Positions 62,250-64,000 of a stretch of 64,000 nucleotides of DNA are shown here, piece by piece (within the stretch, counting starts at the first letter, position 1; every line of letters begins with the position of its first letter). The DNA is taken from positions 2,308,524 to 2,372,523 of the forward strand of contig MU053873.1 of NCBI GenBank assembly GCA_013239625.1, written 5' to 3'. The notes beneath the pieces are model-generated. The model did no database searches. It had not been told where the DNA came from and saw only the letters and a list, made by a program, of their open reading frames with translations. The position numbers and the translations under genes were made by a program. This DNA is from Lama guanicoe. Taxonomy: Eukaryota.

Positions 62250-62471
62250 CTGCAGCAAGAGCTTTTACTGCAAAGGGCCAGAGAGTAAATTCCTTGGGCT
62301 TTGCAAGCCATTTGGTCTCAGCCACAACTGCTCAACTCCACCCTTGTAGTTCAAAAATAGTCATAGATAATAAGTAAATGAATGAGCATGGCTGTGTTCT
62401 AATAAAACTTTATTAACCAAAAGAAGTGGAGGGCCAGACGTAGCTCACATAGTTGGACACAGCTGATCCCT
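62250..62471 (+). mobile_element. MER58A (hAT-Charlie) MITE
   Basis: ctgcaaagggccagagagtaaat...ggctttgcaagccat...acaactgctcaactc...gtaaatgaatgagcatggctgtgttctaataaaactttatt. Confidence 0.9.
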
Positions 62472-62479
62472 AATCTAAG

Positions 62480-62675
62480 GCTGGGATGATGTCTGTTTAT
62501 AACGTGGGTGTCAGTTTCAATCAACTGTCTGTGACTACCAGGAGTAAGGACTCTTTCTTGAGTCCGAGACCTGCCTAGGGCTCAATGCAAAAGCGAATGG
62601 TGCTCAATTAGCCGTGTCTATCTTGGCCCAGTATGGGATTCAACAGCACTCATACTGCACATTTTGCACCCCTGG
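62480..62675 (+). mobile_element. MER117-like hAT MITE
   Basis: gggctcaatgcaaaagcg...caattagccgtgtcta...cattttgcacccctg, a diverged match to the recalled consensus. Confidence 0.55.
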
Positions 62676-62829
62676 CCTCAGGAAACCTCAGCAATCAGAA
62701 AGAGCTCAAGCAATATGGTACACATCGCCTCTATTAGTATGGAGAGGACTCATCTGGGAAACCTGGTCTCTTACCAAACAGATGGCAAACCTCTGGGAAC
62801 TTCACAACCTGTACCTTTGCAGGGACTGC

Positions 62830-63390
62830 TCCATTGGCCCCCCTAGACTCTGAGTGACTTGAAGGTAGAAACCATGTGTTTTGTTCTCTGTTTCTACACA
62901 CCTAACAGAGGCTGGCATTGTGTTTAGTGAATGTCTCTCATATAAATGAATGAATGAGTGAATGAATGAATGAATTGGAGATTTAACAGAGGCAGATAAC
63001 ATTTCATGAATGGCAACTATGTACTAGGTTAAGGCATTTGTATACCTACTATCCCATCTCCAACACAAGAATCCTATGAAGCAGAAATCATAAAGTCTAG
63101 TTCTCAGGCTAAGTGGCTTTCTAAATTATGACAACACTAAAAATAGTAATGATGGTGAGGGTAACAGTGGCAGCTGCCACTTATATTCCTGGACCAGAAA
63201 CTGTGCCATGCATTTCGTTTATATTCTTCAGTGGAATCTGTGAAAGAGGGGCACGCTTTAACTCCCATTGTGTAGATGGGGAAATCAAGGCACCGGTGCA
63301 GAAGCCGCTGGCCTGAGATTAAGCAGCGGAATGTTGCTGAGCCAACACGTGGCAGCAGATCCAAAGGTCTGCCTTTGAGGCTCATGCTCG
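62830..63390. mobile_element. L2 tail with (GAAT)n followed by two antisense MIR fragments
   Basis: aaatgaatgaatgagtgaatgaatgaatgaa; cccattgtgtagatggggaaatcaaggcac. Confidence 0.7.
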
Positions 63391-63419
63391 CGGCACCGAA
63401 TCAAAGTCTGCCTGCACGC

Positions 63420-63720
63420 TGGGTCTTGCATGATTAGATGGAGGGGGCTCAGCAGTAGTGGCCCTGGCCCGCTTCGGCTGGGACAGGTCACAGGCTGAGC
63501 AGGACAGGGCAGCAGGGGCGGGCGCGTGTGGGCAGGGGTGGGCTGCCTCCCCACCCGCCGAGGTCCCGCCTCAGCTCCTTGGCAGCAGCAGGCTGGGAGC
63601 CCTGGTGTGCCCTGCGCCCCTGTGATTGGCAGCCTGCAGATGGCGGGGGTGCCTTGGAATTTATTATCCAAGCATGCCTTTCCGAGGGGGCCTCACTGCC
63701 TGACACTGCTTTATCGGAAA
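63420..63720. promoter_or_regulatory. GC-rich, CpG-retaining candidate regulatory patch
   Basis: GC box ggggcgggcg at 63515-63524, TGATTGG (CCAAT on - strand) at 63623-63629, CTCF-like cctgcagatggcgg at 63633-63646. Confidence 0.35.
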
Positions 63721-64000
63721 GCTGGGAATGGTTAGCCGAGCCCATCTGTTAGCCAAAGAGGGGAGCTCAGTGGGTGGGGAAGTCTGCGGAGTCATTTAAA
63801 AGGAATTTCTCTGATGCTGAGGCCAGGGTGGAAGGTTATCTATCTGCCTGTGGGCTCGCAGGCTGCCTGGTTTGGGGGTTTGGCGGCTTAGAGGGTGGTG
63901 TGTCTGGGTTTCATAGGGGGCTCTCCTTCCTCGTTCTAAACCAAAAATTGCTGGGGCCCGTCCCCCTTCCTTCCAAGCAACAACTTTAACCAGTGATCCT

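Overview
This window is 64 kb of mammalian (eutherian) non-coding DNA, either intergenic or deep-intronic. I found no credible protein-coding exon chain, tRNA, rRNA or CRISPR array. The ORF track is chance ORFs plus decayed L1 ORF2 and other repeat remnants. Much of the window is ancient interspersed repeat: several dozen MIR fragments, many L2 pieces, old L1M fragments, MaLR/ERVL solo LTRs (MLT1, LTR33) and DNA-transposon MITEs (Tigger1-derived, MER104, MER103C, MER5, MER20, MER44A, MER45A, MER58A, MER81, MER117, MER119). I recognised no young lineage-specific SINE (Alu, B1/B2, CHR/Bov, PRE-1, Can-SINE, ERE). Together with the Tigger1 deletion derivatives and a laurasiatherian-type L1 tail, this suggests a laurasiatherian with few young SINEs. 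About ten repeat-free islands rich in homeodomain, POU, FOX, RFX or MEF2 motifs lie between the repeats, as expected in the enhancer landscape of a developmental regulator; the target gene is not visible here. The most striking unexplained structure is a near-perfect 31-bp-arm hairpin at 39367-39436 inside an L2. I cannot support a novel protein-based system. Repeat family names come from recall of consensus sequences and boundaries are approximate.
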